Shown here: one piece after another, positions 19,054 through 28,040 of the stretch | Position numbering within the stretch: position 1 is the first letter of the stretch | How the letters are laid out: every line of letters starts with the position of its first letter | Assembly: GCA_021821305.1 (NCBI GenBank) | Contig: JAKACP010000001.1 | Span: 68,934 to 132,933, forward strand | Reading direction: 5' to 3' | DNA length: 64,000 nt | Source of the DNA: a bacterium | Lineage (GTDB): Bacteria > Patescibacteriota > Minisyncoccia > Moranbacterales > UBA1568 | Notes under the pieces: generated by a model | Database searches by the model: none | Seen by the model: the letters and a program-made list of their open reading frames with translations, nothing else | Told to the model about the DNA's origin: nothing | Position numbers and translations under genes: made by a program

Positions 19054-19140
19054 GGAAGCGTGGCCGAGTGGTTGAAGGCACCGCTCTCGAAAAGCGGCAT
19101 ACCCGAAAGGGTATCGGAGGTTCGAATCCTCCCGCTTCCG
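19054..19140 (+). tRNA. tRNA-Ser(CGA)
   Basis: GGAAGCG...CTCGAAA loop, long variable arm, GGTTCGAATCC...CGCTTCCG. Confidence 0.95.
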
Positions 19141-19269
19141 CAGTGAATCCGCCAGCTGGCGGATGGCTTCCGTGAGGATAAGAAGGGCGGAGCGATGTTT
19201 CGCGAGCGCGCCCTTTTCTTTACACCGCCGCGATCCCATGTTAGGCTTGCTTCAGTTAAAAAGCGGCCC

Positions 19270-19803
19270 ATGAGCGATATCCTTTCCGGACAATTTTTCC
19301 CGATTCTCGCACTCGTGTCCGCCGCGCTCGCGGTGGCGCTCTTGGCCGTCTCGCTGTGGCTCCTGCTCCAGTTTCGACAGATCAAGAGGGACCTTTCGAC
19401 CCTGTTTTCCGGGAAAAAAGCGACCGATCTCGAGGAAATCCTCCTCGCGCAGAAAGCCTCCATCGCCGAACTCGACCGCGAAGTCCAGGAGCTCTACGAT
19501 GTCGCCGAACGCCTCTATCGGCTCGGCCAGGAGAGTATCCACAAGACGGAAATCCTGCGATTCAACCCGTTCAAGGAAGTGGGCGGCAACCAAAGCTTCA
19601 CGGTCGCTCTCCTCAACGGCAAGAACACGGGCTTCGTCCTCTCGTCGCTCCATACCCGCGAAGGGACCAGGATATACTCCAAGCCGGTCGTAAACGGGGC
19701 CGAGGTCAAGGAATATCCGCTTACGGCCGAGGAAAAGCAGACGGTCGCGACCGCGGCCAGAAAATACTCCGAGATCTTCACCGAAAAGAAACCTACAGTC
19801 TAA
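19270..19803 (+). CDS. DUF4446-family membrane-anchored protein
   Basis: RFNPFKEVGGNQSFTVALL...GFVLSSLHTREGTRIYSKP. Confidence 0.85.
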   Translation: MSDILSGQFFPILALVSAALAVALLAVSLWLLLQFRQIKRDLSTLFSGKKATDLEEILLAQKASIAELDREVQELYDVAERLYRLGQESIHKTEILRFNPFKEVGGNQSFTVALLNGKNTGFVLSSLHTREGTRIYSKPVVNGAEVKEYPLTAEEKQTVATAARKYSEIFTEKKPTV

Positions 19804-19830
19804 GATAATCCCCATCGAAATCATATCGTC

Positions 19831-21600
19831 ATGAACGAGGAAACCGTCGAAAAAACCGTCGCTATCCCGGATATCATCACCGTCAAGGCGTTTTCCGAAC
19901 TGCTCGGACTCCCCGTCTCGCAGGTCATAACCGAGCTCATGAAGAACGGTATCCTCGCGACGATCAACGAGGAGATCGATTTCGAGACGGCGAGCATCAT
20001 CGCGGCCGACCTCGGTTTCGAGGCGACACTCGCCGAAGAGAAAGGGTCGGGAGAAAAGGCGCTCGACCTCGAGGAGCTCCTTGCGCTCTGCGAAGAGGAG
20101 AAGAAATCCGACAAGCGCCTCGAGACGCGGCCGCCGATCGTCACCATCCTCGGCCATGTCGACCACGGCAAGACGACGCTTCTCGACACGATCCGCAAGA
20201 CGAGCGTCGCCACCGGGGAAGCCGGCGGCATCACCCAGCACCTCGGTTCCTACCAGGTGAAGCGGCGCGGCAAATACATCACGTTCATCGACACTCCGGG
20301 ACATGAGGCGTTCGCGGCGATGCGCAAGCGCGGCGTCTCCATCGCCGATATCGCCATCCTCGTCGTCGCCGCCGACGACGGTGTCCGCCCGCAGACCAAG
20401 GAAGTCATCACCTACCTCAAGGAGCGCGGACTCCCCGTCATCGTCGCCATCAACAAGATCGACAAGCCGGACGCGAACCCGGCGCGCGTGAAGCAGGAAC
20501 TCGCCGAACAGGACATTCTCATCGAGGAATGGGGCGGAAAAGTGCTCTCGAACGAGATCAGCGCCAAACAGAATATCGGCATCGACAAGCTCCTCGAAAG
20601 CATCCTTCTCATAAACGAGGTCGAGGAATATTCCGCCGATCCCAAGCGTGACGGGCTTGCCGTCGTGCTCGAGTCGAACCTCGACCCGCAGAAAGGACCG
20701 GTCGCGACCGCCCTCGTCCGGACCGGCACGCTCAAGGTCGGACAGGACATCGTCGCCGGATCCGCATTCGGGCGCATACGACGCATGGAAGATTACACCG
20801 GCCGTAGCATCGAGAGCGCCGGGCCCTCGACGCCGGTCATCATCTACGGATTCCACGACAACCCGCAGGTCAACGACGTCGTCCAGGTCGCGAGCGGCAA
20901 AGCCTCGGCGCGCACACGTTCGCGCCAGGCGATCGTCTCCGTCAAATCATCCGGAAAATCGGCCGGCGAGGAAGAGGAGGGCGCCCAGAAGAAACTCCGC
21001 TACGTCATCAAGTCCGATGTCCAGGGATCGCTCGAAGCGATCGAGCAGATCCTCGCATCCATACAGTCCGACGAAGCGGCATTCGAGGAGATCGCCTCCG
21101 GCGTCGGCCACATCACGGAATCGGACGTGAAGCTCGCCGAAAGCGCCGGCGCGGTCGTATTCGGATTCAACGTGGAACCGACTGCCGTCGCCCGACGCAT
21201 CGCGGAGAAGAGCGGCGTTCCCATCGAGACGTTCAACATCATCTACAAACTCGTCGATCGGGCGAAGGAGCGGCTCGCCGACCTCCTCCCGCCGGAAATC
21301 ATCCGCACCGACTACGGCCGTCTCTCCGTCCTCGCCGTGTTCAAGACCGGCAAACGCGACCAGATCCTCGGCGGCCGGGTCTCCGAAGGCAAGATGGTCA
21401 AGGGAGCGCTCCTCGAGATCAAGCGCGGCGACGAGATCGTCGGCCAAGGAAAGATGGGCAACCTTCAGCAGAACAAGGAAAACGCCGAGGAGGTCGGCCA
21501 AGGAAACGAATGCGGCCTCGTCTTCGAGGGCAGCGAACGGGTGGCCGTCGGCGACACGCTCATCGCATACAAGGAAGAATCCAAGAGGCGAAGCCTCTAG
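19831..21600 (+). CDS. infB: Translation initiation factor IF-2 (short form)
   Basis: [32 protein letters not shown]. Confidence 0.98.
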   Translation: MNEETVEKTVAIPDIITVKAFSELLGLPVSQVITELMKNGILATINEEIDFETASIIAADLGFEATLAEEKGSGEKALDLEELLALCEEEKKSDKRLETRPPIVTILGHVDHGKTTLLDTIRKTSVATGEAGGITQHLGSYQVKRRGKYITFIDTPGHEAFAAMRKRGVSIADIAILVVAADDGVRPQTKEVITYLKERGLPVIVAINKIDKPDANPARVKQELAEQDILIEEWGGKVLSNEISAKQNIGIDKLLESILLINEVEEYSADPKRDGLAVVLESNLDPQKGPVATALVRTGTLKVGQDIVAGSAFGRIRRMEDYTGRSIESAGPSTPVIIYGFHDNPQVNDVVQVASGKASARTRSRQAIVSVKSSGKSAGEEEEGAQKKLRYVIKSDVQGSLEAIEQILASIQSDEAAFEEIASGVGHITESDVKLAESAGAVVFGFNVEPTAVARRIAEKSGVPIETFNIIYKLVDRAKERLADLLPPEIIRTDYGRLSVLAVFKTGKRDQILGGRVSEGKMVKGALLEIKRGDEIVGQGKMGNLQQNKENAEEVGQGNECGLVFEGSERVAVGDTLIAYKEESKRRSL

Positions 21601-21602
21601 CG

Positions 21603-21729
21603 GAAAACACAGGAACCCAAAGCACAAAATTCCAAACAAAGCCCAGCATACAAAACCGAAGCAGAAAACGTTTGTGTTTTTGGAAGTTCGTGTTCCGTTT
21701 GGATTGTTGTGTTCTGTGATTTGTGTTTT
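21603..21729. repeat. Degenerate repeat tract with about 7-nt periodicity, A-rich half then T-rich half
   Basis: AACACAG GAACCCA AAGCACA AAATTCC ... TTGTTGT GTTCTGT GATTTGT. Confidence 0.55.
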
Positions 21730-23208
21730 ATGGATTACAAAATCCCAACTCCTGTCATCGAAACGCTGAAAACGCTCACCGAGGCGGGTTTCGAGGCGTA
21801 CATCGTCGGCGGGTGCGTGCGCGATCTCATCTTGGGGCGGGAACCCAAGGACTGGGATATCACGACCGACGCGACTCCTGACAAGACTCTCTCGCTCTTC
21901 CCCGACAGCTTCTACGAAAACGAATTCGGCACGGTCGGCGTCAAGGTCGTCCCCTTCCTCACGGGAGGCAAGGAAGGCCGCGAGCACGACATCGTCGAGG
22001 TGACCACGTATCGTACCGAGTCCGGCTATACCGACAGCCGCCGACCCGACGCGGTGACCTTCGTATCGACGCTTCACGAAGATCTCGCGCGCCGGGACTT
22101 CACGATGAACGCGATCGCGATGAGGCCGGTCGGCGACGGCTCTGACGTGGAAACAACCGATCCCTTCGACGGAGCGGGATCCATCAGGGACAAGGTCATC
22201 CGGACGGTCGGTTCCCCCGATGAGCGCTTCGGCGAGGACGCGCTCCGCATGATGCGCGCCGTACGGTTCTTCGCCGAACTGGGGACCGGCTGGCAGATCG
22301 AAAACGACACCCTCGAGGCGATACGCAAACACGCCGACTCCCTCGCGCGCGTCTCCCACGAGCGTATCCGCGACGAATTCTCCCGCATCATACTGTCCGA
22401 TCATCCGATGGAAGGAGTCGAATTGCTCCGGACGACCGGCCTGCTTCGACATATCATCCCCGAGCTCGAGGAGGGCTTCGGCGTCACCCAGAATCTCCAT
22501 CACATCTACACCGTCTGGGAGCACAACCTGCGGGCGCTTTCCACGTGCCCCTCGAAAAAGCTTGAGGTACGGCTCGCCGCGCTCCTCCACGATGTCGCCA
22601 AACCGCGGACCAAGCGCGGAGAGGGTTATCGCGCCACCTTCTACAATCACGACCACGTAGGCGCCAGGATGACGCGGACCATCCTCACCCGACTCCGCTA
22701 TCCGAAAAGCGTCGTGGAAAAGGCGTCGCTCCTCGTCGATCAGCACCTCTTCTACTACAATGTCGGCGAGGTTACCGAAGCGTCGGTCCGCCGGCTCATA
22801 CGGCGCGTCGGACTCGAAAACATGGACGACTTGATGGACGTCCGGATCGGTGATAGACTGGGATCCGGCGTCCCCAAAGCCAAACCCTACAAGCTCCGGC
22901 ACCTCGAATACATGATCGACAAGGTCTCAAAGGACCCGGTATCGGTCGGGATGCTTGCCATCAAGGGCACCGATCTCATCGAGGCGCTCGGCCTCGAGCC
23001 GGGACCGATCATAGGTGCCATTCTCGATGTGCTCTTGGCCGAAGTCATCGAGGATCCGTCGCGAAACGTCCGCGAGGCGCTCCTCGAACGGGCGGCGGCG
23101 CTCGCGAACGAGGAGATCGGCGCGCTCCGCGAGCTGGCGAAGGAAAAGATCGAGGAGAAACGGGAGGCCGACGACGCGAAAATCAGGAAGGCTCATTGGG
23201 TGGAATAG
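21730..23208 (+). CDS. cca: CCA-adding tRNA nucleotidyltransferase / poly(A) polymerase family with HD domain
   Basis: VGGCVRD...DWDITT, DLARRDFTMNAIA, EDALRMMRAVRF, LLHDVAKP. Confidence 0.9.
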   Translation: MDYKIPTPVIETLKTLTEAGFEAYIVGGCVRDLILGREPKDWDITTDATPDKTLSLFPDSFYENEFGTVGVKVVPFLTGGKEGREHDIVEVTTYRTESGYTDSRRPDAVTFVSTLHEDLARRDFTMNAIAMRPVGDGSDVETTDPFDGAGSIRDKVIRTVGSPDERFGEDALRMMRAVRFFAELGTGWQIENDTLEAIRKHADSLARVSHERIRDEFSRIILSDHPMEGVELLRTTGLLRHIIPELEEGFGVTQNLHHIYTVWEHNLRALSTCPSKKLEVRLAALLHDVAKPRTKRGEGYRATFYNHDHVGARMTRTILTRLRYPKSVVEKASLLVDQHLFYYNVGEVTEASVRRLIRRVGLENMDDLMDVRIGDRLGSGVPKAKPYKLRHLEYMIDKVSKDPVSVGMLAIKGTDLIEALGLEPGPIIGAILDVLLAEVIEDPSRNVREALLERAAALANEEIGALRELAKEKIEEKREADDAKIRKAHWVE

Positions 23209-23233
23209 CGGAAAGAAGCCGGAAGTGAGATTT

Positions 23234-23307
23234 CGGAGTGTGGTATAGTGGTATTACGCACGCTTCGGGTGCGTGTAACCCGGGTTCGATTCCCGGCACT
23301 CCGACCA
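23234..23307 (+). tRNA. tRNA-Pro(CGG)
   Basis: CGGAGTG...TTCGGGT loop...GGTTCGATTCC...CACTCCGACCA. Confidence 0.95.
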
Positions 23308-23358
23308 TTCGATTCGGTCCTCGACAAGCTCAGACCTCACTCATGGTCTACGACCGAT

Positions 23359-23682
23359 ATGTTTTCGGAAGATACGGATATAAGAGAAATCGAATGTCCT
23401 GAGCCTGTCGAAGGGACCTTTTTCGTCTACCTGTTGCTTTGCAGAAACAAAAGTCTTTACTGCGGATCAACTGCAGATATGATCAACCGGCTTAAGGAAC
23501 ATAATTCCGGGGAAGCGGCTTTGTGGACGAAAACGCACGGGCCGGTTCGGCTAATATATTGTGAGGCCCATGATACCCTGCTTTCCGCGCGTCGACGCGA
23601 GAAACAAATCAAGGGTTGGGCCGTACGTAAAAAACTGAATCTCGTAAACGGAGTCTGGAAAAAACAAGTCGTATGCGGCTGA
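23359..23682 (+). CDS. Stand-alone GIY-YIG nuclease (YhbQ/UPF0213-like)
   Basis: FVYLLLC...LYCGST.D..NRLKEHN.G...ARRREKQIKGW. Confidence 0.85.
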   Translation: MFSEDTDIREIECPEPVEGTFFVYLLLCRNKSLYCGSTADMINRLKEHNSGEAALWTKTHGPVRLIYCEAHDTLLSARRREKQIKGWAVRKKLNLVNGVWKKQVVCG

Positions 23683-23984
23683 TCATCAAAAACATCTCCG
23701 AGAATCCGGTCACGTTGCTTCGGCGCGCCGGTTACGTCTTTCAACGGAAGGAGGGCGAGGAGACGAGTTTCATCAGGGCGCTCGGAACCAGCGGATTCCC
23801 CCGGTTCCATGCCTATGCGAAAATGAACGGATCGGACCTCCTCGTCAATGTTCACCTCGATCAGAAACGGGAAACCTACGGGGAATCGACCCGGCACCAC
23901 GGTGAGTACGGGAACGAGGGGCCGCTCAAGGAAGAGTCCTCGCGTCTGGCCCCGCTCATAGGGGGAGAGATCGCAGGCATATAG
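23673..23984 (+). CDS. Hypothetical protein
   Basis: 103-aa ORF with host-like codons; FPRFH...VHLDQK...HHGEY. Confidence 0.7.
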   Translation: MRLIIKNISENPVTLLRRAGYVFQRKEGEETSFIRALGTSGFPRFHAYAKMNGSDLLVNVHLDQKRETYGESTRHHGEYGNEGPLKEESSRLAPLIGGEIAGI

Positions 23985-24014
23985 GAAATCCAGGAAATAT
24001 CACGTACATACCTC

Positions 24015-24101
24015 GCCGCGGTGGTGGAATTGGCAGACACGCCAGCTTTAGGCGCTGGTGGGAGCGATCCCATGAAGGTTCAAGTCCTTTCCGCGGCACC
24101 A
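24015..24101 (+). tRNA. tRNA-Leu(TAG)
   Basis: GCCGCGG...TTTAGGC loop, long variable arm, GGTTCAAGTCC...CCGCGGCACCA. Confidence 0.95.
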
Positions 24102-24161
24102 AAGAGAACAATGACCGCCCCCTTTCGGACGGTCATTTCTTTCCTCTACTTGAGGATGATT

Positions 24162-26954
24162 CTAACTCAGTCGATCTCCACGGCGTCCGGGTCTGGCCGG
24201 AGCCGCTTCCGGAGCGAGCGAGAAGACGAACCCGACCGTGAAGAGGAGGAGCGCCATGGTCGCGATCAGTTTGAACGAGAACAGGACCGACGCCGGGAGA
24301 TAGCTCGACACCGCAGCGAAGAACTTCTTCGGTCCAGATGCCATGATCGTGTCCGGCTCCATCACCTCGGCCTGCACCGACTTCGTGACGACCCTTTCAG
24401 CCGACGCCAGGGCCTCGACGCCCCAGATATCCCGGAGCGCGAATCGCTTCTCTTCCGGTTGGATTATCGATCCGGAGAATTGGATATTGTAGAGATCGCC
24501 GACGGTTTTGGCGACAGCCGGGGCATAGTCGATCTCGAACGGCACGGACTCGGTCACCGGCTCGCCGTCGACGCTCCATGACCGGGAAGAAAGTCCGCCG
24601 ACGAAAGACGGAATGAACTTCGCCTTCAGCTTGATGTTGCCGGTAACATACTTCTCGAAGGTATTCTCGCTGTAATCCGCGAACGTGGTCCCGTCGAGAG
24701 CGGTGTAGTCCCCGAGGTATTTCGGCCAGACTATCGTCGCGTCGGCGGATTCTATCGATACTTCCGGATCAACGACCTGGAACGTCCGCGACAGGGTCAC
24801 CGATTTCCCCGTAGCCGTATTCGTCGCGTTCACCTGGAGGGTATAGGTTTCCCCGGCACCCCCGGTGGCCGCGAAGAAGACACGATTCCCGGCGGCGCAT
24901 GCCCCGTCCCCTGATACGGCGTCCGTACAGGAAAGCGGTATGCCATTGAGCGTCCAGGAGAAGTCCGAAAGCCCGGTCGGGTCTATCTCGACGCCGACGA
25001 TCTCATCGTTCACGACGCGGCACGCCACTTTGTTGAGGTTTTCCATCGCCTCGCTTGCCGTCGAGGGATTCGGGTAGAACAGATTGCAGATCGGCGCCGC
25101 GGCCGACACGCGATACTTTCCCGTCACGGCATTAAGCGATGCCGAGGTCGAATAGGCCACGATCTTCTTGGTCGTGTTCGAGACACGGACGATGACGTCG
25201 CTTTTTCCGGTCCGTTCGACTCCGGAAGAGAAGTTTTCCTTGACGGTCGATCCGATCCGCAGATACAGGGGATCGGTTCCCAAAAGTCCGAGCGGCGTCA
25301 GGAAGGCGGTATCCATATTGAGCGCGACGAGAATCGAATCGAGGCCGTTCCCTGCGGACGTCTCCAACATCCCTCCCGTCACCAGATCCGCGGTGATATC
25401 CGTGAATCCGGTCACTGGATTATCGCTCACCTCCACCTGCCACGTATAGAGAAGCTCCGAAATCGGCCGTGAGGAATTGGTCACCGAAGCCGTCGCGGCT
25501 ATGACATCGCCCGTCTTTTCGGCGGTCTGATCGTTCGTCGGGTTATCCGGAGTGGCTGACACGGCTATGTCGAGTTTCTGCGATTTCCCCTGTCCGCCCT
25601 GCAGCGGATCGACGAGGTTTTTCGGAAGACAGGCATTGATATCGTCCTCGCTCATCGTGGTGGTCGGGATGCTCACGGAATAGCCGCGTATCGTCGTGCT
25701 ATAGCTCCCCTTGTTGATGACCGGACAGTCATTCTTCGAAAAGGCCCACATGATGGCATAGGATGAATCGTCGTGCTTGGTCGACATGATGGATGTCCCT
25801 TCGACCACGACACCGATCTGGTCCCCCGCCTGATAATTCCATTCGAATGTCTCCTGGCCGAGACCGACGACGTTGGCCTCATCCTTATTGCCGTTGTCGG
25901 CAGTGTCCGCATCATTCGGGTTGGTGCCCCAGAAGAATTCGTCACTAGCCCCGAACGTTCCGGCCGAATCACCGAACTGCAATCCGGAAGCGGATGTCCG
26001 AGGAAAGAGATGGACACACTTCTGGGACGTGCTCCCTCCGGTACAGCTGCTGAGCGAAGAGGTCAAGCTGTTGTACTGTGACTCGGTGAAGGTCGTGTTC
26101 GCGATGGAGAGATCGACGCACCGGGTCTGCATGGGCGAAGGGCACGAGGCCGTGGAACCGGAACAGCTCGGCGTCCCTGCTACATAGTATTCCGACGTGT
26201 TGCTGAACGTGTCATCGCTCGTCGGGTTGTTCGGATCTGACGTGATCGTACCGGGATTTATGGTGTCGGTGCCGTACACGCATGCGGCCGTATACCCGGC
26301 GGCGCAGGAGAACGACTGGGACGAAGAGGAGGATATGAGCTCGTAGAGGGTCCCGTTGTTCGAGTCGATCATGTAGCACCAGTCGTTCGTCGTATTCACC
26401 TGGTTGTTTCCTCCGTATTCGGCCCGGTATCCGTCCGAGTCCGTGTCGCTCCCGTAGTTGAAGCCGGCCTTGTCTGCGCCGTCGGTAGCGATTATCCGCG
26501 CGGCGGCGACCTTCCAGTCATTCACGGTGATACCGCCGGATCCATCGGCGTTGCAATAGGCGGGAGCGCCGCCAGCGCTCCCGAGATCGCATCCCTTGCG
26601 CTTGAGATACCAGGTGTAGTACAGCTGATCGCTCGGGTTCGAGAAAAGAATCGGGAACGCCCGGGCGATGATCTTCTCACCTTCCTTCGGATCGGTTGGG
26701 CTGAAGAAAATGTTCACTTCCGGAGGGGTTTTCTTGTTTCCGGAAACGTTGAACGCCTCGCTTATTTCCTGCACCGATCCCTGATTCACGTGATAACGCT
26801 GTTCGAGCTCCTTCGCGACCTGTGTCGCGGACGGGATCTTCGGCTTGCCTCCGAAAAGAGCGAGTGCCGGAACCGGGACCATCATCTGTACGATGACCGT
26901 GAGCGAGAGCGCGGATGAGGCGAATTTTTTCCATCTCATGTTCGTCGATTTCAT
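24162..26954 (-). CDS. Large surface protein (signal peptide, Cys/Ser/Thr-rich beta domains, C-terminal TM)
   Basis: 930-aa ORF; signal-like N-terminus, repeated Y-x-W motifs suggestive of Ig/PKD-like folds, hydrophobic C-terminus. Confidence 0.8.
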   Translation of the reverse strand: MKSTNMRWKKFASSALSLTVIVQMMVPVPALALFGGKPKIPSATQVAKELEQRYHVNQGSVQEISEAFNVSGNKKTPPEVNIFFSPTDPKEGEKIIARAFPILFSNPSDQLYYTWYLKRKGCDLGSAGGAPAYCNADGSGGITVNDWKVAAARIIATDGADKAGFNYGSDTDSDGYRAEYGGNNQVNTTNDWCYMIDSNNGTLYELISSSSSQSFSCAAGYTAACVYGTDTINPGTITSDPNNPTSDDTFSNTSEYYVAGTPSCSGSTASCPSPMQTRCVDLSIANTTFTESQYNSLTSSLSSCTGGSTSQKCVHLFPRTSASGLQFGDSAGTFGASDEFFWGTNPNDADTADNGNKDEANVVGLGQETFEWNYQAGDQIGVVVEGTSIMSTKHDDSSYAIMWAFSKNDCPVINKGSYSTTIRGYSVSIPTTTMSEDDINACLPKNLVDPLQGGQGKSQKLDIAVSATPDNPTNDQTAEKTGDVIAATASVTNSSRPISELLYTWQVEVSDNPVTGFTDITADLVTGGMLETSAGNGLDSILVALNMDTAFLTPLGLLGTDPLYLRIGSTVKENFSSGVERTGKSDVIVRVSNTTKKIVAYSTSASLNAVTGKYRVSAAAPICNLFYPNPSTASEAMENLNKVACRVVNDEIVGVEIDPTGLSDFSWTLNGIPLSCTDAVSGDGACAAGNRVFFAATGGAGETYTLQVNATNTATGKSVTLSRTFQVVDPEVSIESADATIVWPKYLGDYTALDGTTFADYSENTFEKYVTGNIKLKAKFIPSFVGGLSSRSWSVDGEPVTESVPFEIDYAPAVAKTVGDLYNIQFSGSIIQPEEKRFALRDIWGVEALASAERVVTKSVQAEVMEPDTIMASGPKKFFAAVSSYLPASVLFSFKLIATMALLLFTVGFVFSLAPEAAPARPGRRGDRLS

Positions 26955-26964
26955 AGGCTTAAGC

Positions 26965-27618
26965 TTATTTCGATATGAGAAAATACGCGTCGGCAAGGAA
27001 CAGGATGAGCCATCCGGATGCCCAGGAATAGTAGATGGAACGGGTGTACGAGGCGATGAATCCCGATGACAGGGCCGCGACCAGCAAGGGGGCGCTCTGC
27101 CAGAAAATTCCGTCGGTCACGAGGAGAAACGCCGAAAATATGGCGAATTGGAAAAATACAGCCGATAACCCGTATCGCCCGAGCCACAGAAGCTGTATGA
27201 ATCCGCGAAAGAACACCTCGTAGAGGAACGCGATCATGCCGACCGCGAACACCTCGTAGAGGAGAAATATCGGAAACGAGGACATCGCGAGCGAAGGGAG
27301 ATAGTATCCTTCGCCGACCGGATAATACCGGACCAGGAGATAGAGGACGGAGAGGGCCGAAACCGCCGCGAGCGGGACGGACAGCCACCCGAACCGTCGC
27401 ACGCTCGGACCGAGACCGATCGCGGAAACGGATTCCTTGCGGATCATCCGGACGTAGAGCACGGGAAGGATGCCGAGAAACGCGACGCCGAGGACGATCG
27501 ACTGGGTCACGCCGTTCAATTTCGCGTCGACCGGAAACAGATAGTAGGCCGAGAGCGCGAGCAGTACCGCCAACCCGTCGGCGAGGAACCGTTTCTTCGA
27601 GAGCATCATCGTAGTCAT
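26965..27618 (-). CDS. CPBP/Abi (CAAX protease-like) membrane protein
   Basis: YEVFFRGF motif in a multi-TM protein; later His motifs appear absent. Confidence 0.65.
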   Translation of the reverse strand: MTTMMLSKKRFLADGLAVLLALSAYYLFPVDAKLNGVTQSIVLGVAFLGILPVLYVRMIRKESVSAIGLGPSVRRFGWLSVPLAAVSALSVLYLLVRYYPVGEGYYLPSLAMSSFPIFLLYEVFAVGMIAFLYEVFFRGFIQLLWLGRYGLSAVFFQFAIFSAFLLVTDGIFWQSAPLLVAALSSGFIASYTRSIYYSWASGWLILFLADAYFLISK

Positions 27619-27658
27619 AGGAATCGTTCGTTTTTCTTTTCCGTATTATACACCGAAA

Positions 27659-28024
27659 TCAGGTTTTCCGCCTACTCCTCGCGGCTTCGGCCTGGGACAT
27701 GAACCGGATGGCGATCGCGGCCAACGTCTGGAGCGGGAGGAGATTAAGGACGATGAAGAGTCCCTCGATCATGCCGGTAAGCCCGAGGAGGACCCAGCGC
27801 TTGAGGAGCCGTTTGAATATCTCGCTCGCGTTTTGGGACATGATCTGCGGGTCGAGCATGACGATCATCATCTGTATCGATGTCGACATGAAGGCGAGCA
27901 CCGTCGTCACGCCCGGGAAATACCCCGTCGCGAAGTCGAGGATGTCGTCGAGCGCCCCGAACATGATGAGGAGCATCGAGATGATGAGGGAGGGCTGCTC
28001 CGGTTTCGGGACGTTGGCCGGCAT
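27659..28024 (-). CDS. Hypothetical membrane protein
   Basis: Hydrophobic 121-aa ORF in operon after virB4. Confidence 0.65.
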   Translation of the reverse strand: MPANVPKPEQPSLIISMLLIMFGALDDILDFATGYFPGVTTVLAFMSTSIQMMIVMLDPQIMSQNASEIFKRLLKRWVLLGLTGMIEGLFIVLNLLPLQTLAAIAIRFMSQAEAARSRRKT

Positions 28025-28040
28025 ATCGTTGGTTCTCCGG

